Origin: an uncultured delta proteobacterium
GTDB taxonomy: Bacteria; Desulfobacterota; Binatia; UBA9968
Reading direction: 5' to 3'
Assembly (NCBI GenBank): GCA_963727625.1
Contig: CAVSHR010000004.1
Span: 1-64,000 of the forward strand
Length of the DNA: 64,000 nt
A model generated the notes under the pieces. The model had not been told where the DNA came from, ran no database searches, and saw nothing but the letters and a program-made list of their open reading frames with translations. The position numbers and the translations under genes were made by a program. This document shows, in pieces, positions 8,689 to 17,269 of the stretch (its first letter is position 1; every line of letters starts with the position of its first letter).

Positions 8689-8905
8689 GTTCCAACGGTT
8701 CCAATGACTCCAGTCGTTCCAGAGCCGTGTGCGGAGCCGGCGTGACCGGACACCAAAGTTCAAGTGTTCAAGGTTCAAAAGTTCAACGTCAGGCCCGTTG
8801 GCCGATCGAATAGTTTCAAGGGTTCCAGTAGTTCCAGCCGTTCCACCGCTGCGCACGGTTCAACGCCGTCGCGCGGTTCAAAGTTCAAGGTTCAATAGTT
8901 CAACG
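8689..8905 (+). repeat. Intergenic GTTC(A/C)A short-period repeat tract
   Basis: More than a dozen GTTCAA/GTTCCA units spaced about 7-9 nt, between convergent genes. Confidence 0.7.
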
Positions 8906-8938
8906 ACAGATCCCGCATATTGTCCAATCCAATAGATT

Positions 8939-10708
8939 TCATCTGCGGCGTCTCGGTGGTTTCATCCACGGGATCGGTTTGCCGAGTAGGGGTTTTGGGC
9001 CGACGAGGGCGGGGGATTGTTTGTAGCCCAGATCGGCTAGTCGTTTGGCGGTCTGCTCGATGAGGGCGGTGAAGCTTGGGTTTCGGCCGCGGCGGCGCGT
9101 GTCGCGCAGCAGTTTCACTAGGCAAAACGTAAACGCACCGTAGGCGTTGGCGCCGTCGCGGTACTCGTAGGCAAGTTCTTGCTCCTGGCAGGCTTCCAGG
9201 ATGATCGGCAGGTAGGCGCCGTGGTGATCCAGCGCTTTGCGCTCCCGGTCGTAGCGGGTGTTGGCCAGGCCCCGCAGGGCGACGCCGCGGCCGATGCGGC
9301 GAGTGACGCCGTTGACGCCGAGATATTCGTTGCCGGCCCGCGAGCGGTCGAGCGAGCGATTGAGCACGTCCATATCGCGCTCGATCCACATTTCCATTCG
9401 GCTATCCCAGCGCAGGGCACGATGACGCACGTCGTCGGGCGGGTTGATGCCGCGGGCGCGCGGGCCGCCGTCGCGGGTCAAGCCGCCGGAGTGGCAGCAG
9501 TCGAAGATCGCCGCGAAGCGCGCTTGGTAGGGAAGCTGGCTGTAAAACTCGACGAACTGGTTATCGGTAAAGGCGTGCTGCGGGCTCCAGTCGAAATCGT
9601 AGGGCACCAGGCATTCGTCGAAGCGGTCGACTTCCTCCTTGGCGCCGTAGGCGGGTATCTGGGCGCCGTGGCCGGAGTAAAACAGCACCCGCTCGTCGCC
9701 GTCTCGCACGCCGTCGAGCAGCCAGTGGAGCCGCTCCAGGATCCCGGCCGTGGTGGCGCGATCGTTCAGCACCACGCGGATGTCCTCGGATTGATAGCCG
9801 CATTCCTGCAGCACCGAGCTGATCAGGAAGTTGTCGTTGACGCAGCCTTCCAGTGCATTCGCAGGATTCGGATAATCGTTGATGCCGATAAGCAGTGCGC
9901 GCCGGTTGGGCGGCGGCGCGACGGTTCGGCTCAAGCGAACCGCTCGCGCCAAAGATCGCGCCGGCCGCGGCGCGGCGATATTGAACCAGACGCGGGCCTG
10001 GCTGTTGGCATGGTTGAAGTAATAAATCGGGTCGTGATTGAGAAAGTCGTTGGGCTTGTCGAAGTGAGTCAGGATCTGGGCAAACCGGGCGCTCTGCACC
10101 CGCAGCTCGGCGGTAAACACATGGTCGTCGTCATTATAGAGGTGGTACCACATGCGGGCATCGAGGGGCTCGATGCGGCCGGCGAAACAGTCGCGTACAA
10201 ACGGGTTGGCGATCTGCGAGCCGAAGGTGATGAATACTTTTCCAGTCAAGGCCGTTGGGTTGCGACGAAAGGTGTCGTAGGAAATCAATGACCCCAAGCT
10301 ATGCGCCGCGATGACATCGTAGGTTTGGCCGCCCAACTGTTTGAGCAGACGGGCGCGCAGTTTGGCGCGCAAGTCGTCTTCCGAGCCCCACTGGGCGATC
10401 ATCCCGGCGGTCCATCGCGCCTGTTCGGGCAGGTCGAAGATGCCCCGCGCACCTGGGAGCAAATCGCCAATGCCGTGGACCACGCCGCTGGCCAGCAGCG
10501 TGGCGAAGGCTTTACCGTAAGTAACTGCGTCGAGCGGCGCATGATCGAAAAGATCGTCATAGGTCAGAAAATCGCAACTTACCGCGGCGCTGGGATTCCA
10601 GCGTTGAATGTTTCCCGTGATCGCCTCGGTCCAGGAAGGGACGAGGGCGGGATCAGCGTCGCCATGGCCGACGCCGTGAACGCATAAAATATTGAACGAG
10701 GATGGCAT
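8939..10708 (-). CDS. Alpha/beta-hydrolase + caspase-like (peptidase C14) fusion protein
   Basis: N-terminal VHGVG, AHSLG, ITFGS, DDDHV. C-terminal ALLIGINDY..LEGCVND, YSGHG (His), FDCCHSG (Cys). Confidence 0.88.
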   Translation of the reverse strand: MPSSFNILCVHGVGHGDADPALVPSWTEAITGNIQRWNPSAAVSCDFLTYDDLFDHAPLDAVTYGKAFATLLASGVVHGIGDLLPGARGIFDLPEQARWTAGMIAQWGSEDDLRAKLRARLLKQLGGQTYDVIAAHSLGSLISYDTFRRNPTALTGKVFITFGSQIANPFVRDCFAGRIEPLDARMWYHLYNDDDHVFTAELRVQSARFAQILTHFDKPNDFLNHDPIYYFNHANSQARVWFNIAAPRPARSLARAVRLSRTVAPPPNRRALLIGINDYPNPANALEGCVNDNFLISSVLQECGYQSEDIRVVLNDRATTAGILERLHWLLDGVRDGDERVLFYSGHGAQIPAYGAKEEVDRFDECLVPYDFDWSPQHAFTDNQFVEFYSQLPYQARFAAIFDCCHSGGLTRDGGPRARGINPPDDVRHRALRWDSRMEMWIERDMDVLNRSLDRSRAGNEYLGVNGVTRRIGRGVALRGLANTRYDRERKALDHHGAYLPIILEACQEQELAYEYRDGANAYGAFTFCLVKLLRDTRRRGRNPSFTALIEQTAKRLADLGYKQSPALVGPKPLLGKPIPWMKPPRRRR

Positions 10709-10806
10709 GGTTCATTACCTCCTTAGGTCGAAACCGGGCGGGTCCTTAGAACGGTGCGCTCTGTCGAGGATGCCTAGTGTTTCGCTGTGGGCCGTGCCGA
10801 GGCCTT

Positions 10807-11619
10807 CTAAATAGTGAACGGTTTCTTTGCTTCGAAAGCGGCGTTGGCAGTTCCGATGAAATAGTAGTTCGGTGTTTGCGTGGACGGCATGAGCGAGACG
10901 ATCTTGTCGCGCAGCTTGCGATGGTTGCCCTTGAATCTGCCGCCGTTCCACACCTTCTTTAACGTGCCGGTGAAGGCGCCGTTTTTTTCTCCATCCATGG
11001 AGGTTTGATTGTCCATGCAACCGGCGATGAGCAGCACGCTGGCGGCGACCCGGGTCTTTTCCGCGCCGCGGGTTCGCTTCTGGATGGCGCGGTAAAGCGC
11101 GCGATTGGCGTTCTCCGTCTTGGCGCCGACCGCACGTGGCATGGCGCGCGGCTTCGAGCCGGCGCCGCGGAAGGCGGGGATATCGCGCGTCACCGTGCCG
11201 CTATGACAGCTGTCCGATAGAACTAAAATACGCACTCCCGCTTTGAACTTGCTCCACAGGCCGTAGAGCTCATCGTCGACCAGTTGGCGGTCGAATAGCA
11301 CCCAGGTCTCGTCCATACGGTCGTTGTCCGTCTCGTCGCCGTTGGTGTCGCGTACCTGGCCGCCATGGCCGGAATAGGTGAGAAGAAAGATATCGCCCTT
11401 GGATAATCTTTTAGCCGCGTCTTGAATCGCGGCGGTGACGGCGGCGGCCGTCGCTTGGTTGTCGAACAGCAGGGTGTTGCCGGTAAATCGTCTCTTTTTG
11501 GCCAGGGCGCGCATGTCTCGGGCGTCGGCGATGCAGGCGTTGAGCGCGCCGTCCCAGCCCTGATAGTGTTTCGGATCGACGCGATTCAAGCCGATATGCA
11601 GGGAAATTCCTTTTGCCAT
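10807..11619 (-). CDS. Stand-alone caspase-like protease (metacaspase, peptidase C14)
   Basis: LHIGLN..LNACIADA, YSGHGGQ, SDSCHSG, GCMDNQTS..NGAFT motifs. Confidence 0.92.
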   Translation of the reverse strand: MAKGISLHIGLNRVDPKHYQGWDGALNACIADARDMRALAKKRRFTGNTLLFDNQATAAAVTAAIQDAAKRLSKGDIFLLTYSGHGGQVRDTNGDETDNDRMDETWVLFDRQLVDDELYGLWSKFKAGVRILVLSDSCHSGTVTRDIPAFRGAGSKPRAMPRAVGAKTENANRALYRAIQKRTRGAEKTRVAASVLLIAGCMDNQTSMDGEKNGAFTGTLKKVWNGGRFKGNHRKLRDKIVSLMPSTQTPNYYFIGTANAAFEAKKPFTI

Positions 11620-11750
11620 AAATGCCTCCCCTTTGAGATCTCTTCAGTGCAGTTCAAAGTGTAGAATCCGATGCTTCTTGCTGTCAAGAAAATATCCCGC
11701 ACCGACGGTGCTCTTGGCAAACTTTTCCACTTTTATTTCATTTCTTCACA

Positions 11751-11935
11751 TCACGGCTTCCAGCCTTGGTTGTCGAGCTGATTTTCGGCGTCGTGGACGA
11801 AGCTGAAATCGTAGACGCGTCGCGGCGGCACCATGTGGATTACTTGGGCCACCAGCTTGACGATGGCGAGATCATTTTATTGGCTCTCTGCGTCGACGTA
11901 GCCGCGAGCGCGGTAGGCCATGCGCACGAGGCGGC
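11751..11935 (-). pseudogene. C-terminal remnant of an ABC solute-binding protein
   Basis: Manual translation ...GYVDAESQ*NDLAIVKL...RVYDFSFVHDAENQLDNQGWKP*. Resembles SBP C-termini, has an internal stop and no start. Confidence 0.4.
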
Positions 11936-12018
11936 AAGACACTCGCTGCGAGTGTCATCGAGCTGCGCCACGGAAATTTTCTTTAGGGCGTCTGGGCGAT
12001 ATGGTATCTTAGGCAATT

Positions 12019-12663
12019 ATGAGTACGCGACTATTGTTGCTTTTCTGTTGTGTTTTCGGCTTATCGGCTTGCACCGCATCGACTACGGTTTCACGGGGCG
12101 CAACGCTTCTCTCCGGGCTTAAGGAGTATCAAGGGGACATGCAGCGTTTCAGCGGCTCGCCGTTACGTTGGCCGGACCGGCAGCGGACCGGCGGCAACCT
12201 GAAAAACGTTATTACCGTGACCGTTGGCGCCTCGCCTGAGTTTTATCGCCTGGTCGACCTCGATATCAGAAAAAGAGAGTTCGAGGTCACCCTGCGCGAA
12301 ACCAATGTGCCCGCCGACCGCGTAAAGGAAATGAAAGACGAGTTGATTCAAATGAACCAAGAGATCACCGCGCTGAAACCGGTGATTCGCACCCAGCTGG
12401 CGTCGCTCCGACTTGACACTGCAGCCGAGCATGGCGTCGAAGAAGTGGCTGCGCGCGGCTTGCTGAGCTTGGCGCTGGAGGAGTTTTCCTCTAACCGCCG
12501 CGCGGGCGGGTTTGAGGCGCCGGCCACCAAGGTGGGGCCCTATGTTGTTAGCGATTTAGGCTCGTTTGCGACGGTGCGTGGCCCGGACGGGCGGAACTAT
12601 CGCTGCGTGGTTTTCGGCGTGGCCGAAGAAGGCGCCGGCATCAAGTGCGAACCAGTGAAGTAA
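12019..12663 (+). CDS. Hypothetical lipoprotein
   Basis: Signal peptide with lipobox LSAC, central coiled coil. Confidence 0.65.
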   Translation: MSTRLLLLFCCVFGLSACTASTTVSRGATLLSGLKEYQGDMQRFSGSPLRWPDRQRTGGNLKNVITVTVGASPEFYRLVDLDIRKREFEVTLRETNVPADRVKEMKDELIQMNQEITALKPVIRTQLASLRLDTAAEHGVEEVAARGLLSLALEEFSSNRRAGGFEAPATKVGPYVVSDLGSFATVRGPDGRNYRCVVFGVAEEGAGIKCEPVK

Positions 12664-12908
12664 AGTTTTTAATTTCTGGTTTTAGGTTATAGCGGCCAGC
12701 CTCTAAAGATTGTTAGACAAATTGTTGCCGCTTCAGCGGTCATACAGGCGCTAGCCAGAACCCCCACTTAATCTCCCCCTTCGCTCTGGGGGAGACAAAG
12801 AGGGGGATTTCGGGTTGTCCTGGGCGTTTACCTGGACAGCCTGCAGGGGCGTTGAATGTATGCCGCGAACTTGTGCGACACCACATCCGGTTAGTCTTGA
12901 AACCGTCA

Positions 12909-13982
12909 TTAGAGCAAGCGGAACGAGCGGGTCTTGATGATCAGAAATACCGGTAAGTTCTCACGCAAGCCGAGGCGCGTGACCGCCGAAGCAGTCAGGC
13001 CGACGAAAAATTCTTCGCCGGCAAAAATGCTCAGCATCGTAGCGCCGTCGAAACTCTCGATTCTTCGAATTGTCCCCGGCAAGACGTTGGCGGCAGAGAT
13101 GCCGTCCGGCCACTGGGTGGCGATCAGGATATCGTCGGCGCTGACGCCGGCTTGGCAAACCGAGCCGGCCGGGCGTGGCGAGTAAGGAATGAACAGTTCC
13201 ACGCCGGAGCGCAATCGGACCCGGGAGGTGCCGGCTGCGGAGTCGGATTCCACAAAAGTCGCCGTCAGGACGTTTTCGAATTGCTCGTCTGGAAGCTGCG
13301 CCATCGCGCTCATCGAGCGCAGCGTGTCTCTCGGAACGCCCTGCGCGACGAGCCGTCCTAGGCGGATCATCAACACCCAATCGGCTAAAGTGAGCACTTC
13401 GGTGAGATTGTGCGTCACGTAAATCATCGGGATCTTGAACTCGTCGCGGACGCGGGCGAGGTAGGGAAGAATTCTTTCCTTGAGGCCGATGTCGAGGGCC
13501 GCTAGCGGCTCGTCGAGCAAGAGCAAGCGCGGCTTGGACAAGATCGCCCGCGCCAGGGCGACGCGCTGGGCTTCGCCTCCGGAAAGTTGAGTGACGGGCC
13601 GGTTCAACAGATTGCCGATCTCCAAAACCTCCAGCACATGGCCGAGCTCGATGGATTGCGCCGGCGGGGCCATGGAGACTCGCCTTGCGCCGAAAAGGAT
13701 ATTGCTTCGCACCGAAAGGTGGGGAAACAGCGCGCCCTCTTGCGGCACGTAGCCGATGCCGCGGGTGCGCGCCGGCCGGTTGATTCTTTGCGCCGAGGAG
13801 AAAATCGCCGCGCCATTGATCTCGATCTCACCGGCATCGATTTGCCGTAAACCGGCGACGGCGTCGAGCAGGGTCGTCTTTCCCGAGCCCGACGGCCCGA
13901 AGATTGCCGTCACCTTGGCATCGAAAGCGGCGTCGATATCGAGCTCGAAACTCGCCAGCGGTATGCGGCAGCGCAATAGCAT
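12909..13982 (-). CDS. modC: Molybdate ABC transporter ATP-binding protein
   Basis: GPSGSGKT, LSGGE, LLLDEP, C-terminal TOBE region; operon with modB and modA. Confidence 0.93.
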   Translation of the reverse strand: MLLRCRIPLASFELDIDAAFDAKVTAIFGPSGSGKTTLLDAVAGLRQIDAGEIEINGAAIFSSAQRINRPARTRGIGYVPQEGALFPHLSVRSNILFGARRVSMAPPAQSIELGHVLEVLEIGNLLNRPVTQLSGGEAQRVALARAILSKPRLLLLDEPLAALDIGLKERILPYLARVRDEFKIPMIYVTHNLTEVLTLADWVLMIRLGRLVAQGVPRDTLRSMSAMAQLPDEQFENVLTATFVESDSAAGTSRVRLRSGVELFIPYSPRPAGSVCQAGVSADDILIATQWPDGISAANVLPGTIRRIESFDGATMLSIFAGEEFFVGLTASAVTRLGLRENLPVFLIIKTRSFRLL

Positions 13983-13983
13983 G

Positions 13984-14658
13984 TTAGGCCGTCTTTCCCG
14001 ATCGGAGCAGCCACTCCGAGCTCCAGACGAGCAGAAACGCTAAGGCAACCGTGATACCGAGCAGGGTGTAGGCTTCTGTGTCCTTACCCAATTGGACGAA
14101 ATTGTAGATCGCTAACGACAGTGTCTGGGTTTCGCCGGGAATATTTCCCGCCACCAGGATGGTCGCGCCGAACTCGCCGAGCGCGCGCGAAAAGGCCAGT
14201 AGCGCGCCGGAAACGATGCCACGGTAGGCTAACGGAATCGTCACGACAAAAAATATTCGCAAAGGGGACGCGCCGAGGGTCGCGGCGATCTGCTCGAGGC
14301 GTGGATTGACCTCGGCAAAAGAAGTGCGGACCGAACGGAAAAGCAGGGGAAAGGACATGACCGACATGGCGATGAGAACGCCTTTCCAGTTGAAGACGAT
14401 CTCGACGCCGCGCTCATAGAGCCATTGCCCGAGAGGGCTGCGCCGTCCGAAGATCTTCAGCAGGATCAAACCGGTGGATACCGGCGGCATGACCAACGGC
14501 AGCATAAAGATGGTTTCCAATATGCTCTTGAGCGGCCATTCCTTGCGTGCGAATAGCCAAGCCAGCGCGATGCCGAAGGGTAGAATTACCAGCGTGCCGG
14601 CAAGCCCGACAGAAAGAGAAAAGAGGGTGATTTGCCAGGTGTCGAAGGAAAAAATCAC
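13984..14658 (-). CDS. modB: Molybdate ABC transporter permease
   Basis: LPLVMPPVSTG, RALGEFGATILVAGNIPGETQT motifs. Confidence 0.95.
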   Translation of the reverse strand: MIFSFDTWQITLFSLSVGLAGTLVILPFGIALAWLFARKEWPLKSILETIFMLPLVMPPVSTGLILLKIFGRRSPLGQWLYERGVEIVFNWKGVLIAMSVMSFPLLFRSVRTSFAEVNPRLEQIAATLGASPLRIFFVVTIPLAYRGIVSGALLAFSRALGEFGATILVAGNIPGETQTLSLAIYNFVQLGKDTEAYTLLGITVALAFLLVWSSEWLLRSGKTA

Positions 14659-14676
14659 GAAATGAAAAATCTCCGT

Positions 14677-15489
14677 TCAATCCAACACGACAAAGCCGTA
14701 TTTCTTGAAAGAATGTTTCGCGCTTGGACTCTGGAGATAGTTCAGAAAAGCGCGAGCTGCGGCCTTGCGTTTCGATTCTTTGACGATCGCCACCGGATAG
14801 GTGATCTTGGGGCCTTTGTCGATGGGAATTTCGTAGGCGATCGTTACTTTGCTGGAAACTGCGGCGTCGGTCTTATAAACGAAGCCGGCTTCGACATTGC
14901 CCGACTCAACTGCGGCGAGGCTGGCGCGGACATCTTGCACGGGCACGACCTTGGCTTTGAGCGGGTCCCACAACCCTTGGTCGGTCAGGTATTTCCGGCT
15001 GTAAACACCCGCCGGCACGGAGGACGGCTCGGCAAGAGCGATTCTTTTGACGTTGGCCTTCATTAGGTCCTCGGACGACGCGATCAAAAGTTTTGAACCC
15101 GCCGGGACGATGATCACCAACTGATTCGATAGCAGATTTTCCCGCGTGCCTGGTTCGAGCCGTCCGTTCTTGTCGAGATTCTCCGTCTGCGCTAGATCGG
15201 CCGAGAAAAACAGATCCACCGGTGCGCCTTCTTCGATCTGCCGTGCCAAGCCGCTGGATGGGCCGAAATTGAATTTTACCCTGTGCTTGGATTTGGACTG
15301 ATAGTCTCTGCCGATTTCTTTCAGGGCATCGGTGAGGCTGGCAGCCGCCGAAACCAGGATTTCATCGGCGCGCGCCGTCATGGGAACGAACCAGATAAAA
15401 GCGCTCAAAATTATTAAGCCTGCGGTTGGGATCCGATGAGGGTTTTTCATCTCAACACTTCGCAATTGCAGCGCATGGAGAAAGTCCAA
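14677..15489 (-). CDS. modA: Molybdate ABC transporter substrate-binding protein (true start may be ~15450)
   Basis: VSAAASL, FGPSSGLARQIEEGAP, SVPAG.Y, GFVYKTDA motifs. Confidence 0.95.
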   Translation of the reverse strand: MDFLHALQLRSVEMKNPHRIPTAGLIILSAFIWFVPMTARADEILVSAAASLTDALKEIGRDYQSKSKHRVKFNFGPSSGLARQIEEGAPVDLFFSADLAQTENLDKNGRLEPGTRENLLSNQLVIIVPAGSKLLIASSEDLMKANVKRIALAEPSSVPAGVYSRKYLTDQGLWDPLKAKVVPVQDVRASLAAVESGNVEAGFVYKTDAAVSSKVTIAYEIPIDKGPKITYPVAIVKESKRKAAARAFLNYLQSPSAKHSFKKYGFVVLD

Positions 15490-15494
15490 ACGAT

Positions 15495-16658
15495 TCAGCG
15501 GCGCAGCTCGACGATTTTCCCGGTGTCGCGGGTGTCGTATCCGCCTAGGGCCTCAAGCTCGGCGCGAAAGGATTTGCCGACGATGAGATCGAGCAAGTTT
15601 CTCAAAGCCGGCAGCGATTGATAATGGGTTTTCGGAATCACCAGATCGTAGCGCTCGCGCTGCAATGCAATGAACCCCAAGCCGCAGATCATCGCCGCTG
15701 CGCGGGCGCCGATGCCCGCGTCAGCCAGACCGGCTCGCACTCGAGACGAAACTTCCAGATGGGATAGAACCTGGTCTGCGTAGCCTTTGACTCGGGCGGA
15801 TGGAATGCCTGCGGATTGAAGCTCGCGATCGAGCAAGCGCCGCGCGCCCGAGCCTCTTTCGCGATTGACAATTCTAATTCCGGGGCGGTTGAGATCGGCG
15901 ACGCCGCGAATCTGTTTCGGATTGCCCTGGCGCACGATGATTCCTTCTTCCCAGTGGGCGAAGGTGACCACCGTGCAGTCCAGTCCACCGATGTTGCGCT
16001 GCAAATCTGGAAGATTCCAAGCTTCGGAACTTTCATTTGTGAGATGGACACCCGCAACGTGCACTTCGCCCCGTTTGAGCGCGGCCAGCGCGGAGCTGTT
16101 GCCCATGACACAAGGCACAAGATTGTCTTCTTCATGCTTTCTCAGGTGCTCGGCGGCAAGGAACATCGCCGGATCGCAGCCGCCGATCGCCACCTGGCGA
16201 ACTATCCTCGCGCGGTCCTTGAAGAGTTGGATTTTCACCTGCTGACTTTTAGAGTTAGTACCAACGATCAGGCCGTCGGCGCGAGCCGTCAAGCTTTTCA
16301 ATTCACCGGCGCCATCCAGCGGCCGCGCCAGTAGCCGACTGCCGACCTGGATCACCTGAGCGCGGAGTTTGTCGCTGCCCTTCGGTAAACCGCCCAACAG
16401 TACACTTTCGATGATCTCACCATCACTCCTGATGCTAAAAAGATCCTCGACCCGGCACCTGAGGGCTCGGGCGAGTTGCAGCGCCACCGACGTGGCGGGG
16501 GAGTATTGGTTTGATTCCACGGCAGAAACCGCCTGACGGGTCATTCCAGCCATGGCGGCGAGCTGCTTCTGCGACAATCCCACCGCCTGACGTTTTTCCC
16601 GGAGTCGGCACTCGATCATCGGCTCGATCGTTTTTATCGTTTTTTGAGGTGCAGCCAT
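15495..16658 (-). CDS. XRE-HTH / periplasmic-binding-protein-like (molybdate-binding) transcriptional regulator
   Basis: N-terminal XRE HTH (LSQKQLAAMAGMTRQAVSAVESNQYSP). C-terminal PBP_like domain (VNRERGSGAR, ERYDLVIP). First gene of the mod operon. Confidence 0.85.
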   Translation of the reverse strand: MAAPQKTIKTIEPMIECRLREKRQAVGLSQKQLAAMAGMTRQAVSAVESNQYSPATSVALQLARALRCRVEDLFSIRSDGEIIESVLLGGLPKGSDKLRAQVIQVGSRLLARPLDGAGELKSLTARADGLIVGTNSKSQQVKIQLFKDRARIVRQVAIGGCDPAMFLAAEHLRKHEEDNLVPCVMGNSSALAALKRGEVHVAGVHLTNESSEAWNLPDLQRNIGGLDCTVVTFAHWEEGIIVRQGNPKQIRGVADLNRPGIRIVNRERGSGARRLLDRELQSAGIPSARVKGYADQVLSHLEVSSRVRAGLADAGIGARAAAMICGLGFIALQRERYDLVIPKTHYQSLPALRNLLDLIVGKSFRAELEALGGYDTRDTGKIVELRR

Positions 16659-16693
16659 GATATCTAACTCAATGTTAATTATAATGGCCTAAC

Positions 16694-16890
16694 GAAGGGT
16701 CCATTGCAAAGTCATTTCCAAGACCCTTCCCGGCTAAAGTGTGAGCGTCGTTCTGGCAAAGCCGGCGACGTGCCGGCGCGATCTGGAATCAAGGAGGCGC
16801 TCGGGGCGTATGGCCACCCCCTTATATGAACACTCGTTGCTGGGATCGATTGAGAGGCCGGGAGACCCATAACGGCGGTTCGACCGTTAT
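16694..16890. other. Structured non-coding element (nested stems); candidate ncRNA or orphan IS end
   Basis: Stems GAAGGGTC/GACCCTTC, TTCCCGGC/GCCGGGAG, GAGCGTC/GGCGCTC, GCCGGC/GCCGGC, GGGG/CCCC, ATAACGG/CCGTTAT. Confidence 0.4.
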
Positions 16891-17156
16891 CGCTTGGACC
16901 GGGTTGCGTTCACGCCGCCGGGAATTTTAAATCTGCGCCAGTGGCGGCTCCAGTCGCAGCCGCAGGTGTTGCAGTGCCACTCGGCCAAACCTTCCCATTC
17001 TTCGCGGTCGGCGCGGATCGCCTTGCCAAGTTCTATCAGCTTTTGCGCCGCACGTGTCGGGATACCATGAACAATGGGCACCACCGCCGTGGCGGCGCAT
17101 TCCGGACAGGGCGGAGTACGCTTTCGAGTTCTGGCTTTTTTCTTCTTCACCGTCAT
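16887..17156 (-). CDS. Small basic Zn-ribbon protein
   Basis: MTVKKKK...CPEC...VVPIVHG.P...WHCNTC (two CxxC pairs). Confidence 0.65.
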   Translation of the reverse strand: MTVKKKKARTRKRTPPCPECAATAVVPIVHGIPTRAAQKLIELGKAIRADREEWEGLAEWHCNTCGCDWSRHWRRFKIPGGVNATRSKR

Positions 17157-17269
17157 AGTGTTATCATCGGTGCCGTGTTTCCGGCCGCCGCCCGGGTCTT
17201 GGGCTTCAAAGGAAATGTGGCGAAGAAAAATCTCTTGCTCCGCTCGGGACCGCAACCAGACTTGGGTGA

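Noticed and set aside
8689-8905. Possible CRISPR array
   Set aside because: Repeat units are 6-9 nt, there are no 25-40 nt repeats with unique spacers, and no cas genes are present.
9179-10291. 370-aa plus-strand ORF
   Set aside because: Antisense to the hydrolase-caspase gene; typical GC-rich shadow ORF.
12760-12810. CCCCC/GGGGG-rich dyad
   Set aside because: Probably a degenerate REP-like palindrome; single poor copy with insufficient support.
16694-16890. Moco riboswitch, tRNA or 6S RNA
   Set aside because: I could not match the consensus motifs by eye; kept only as an unassigned structured element.
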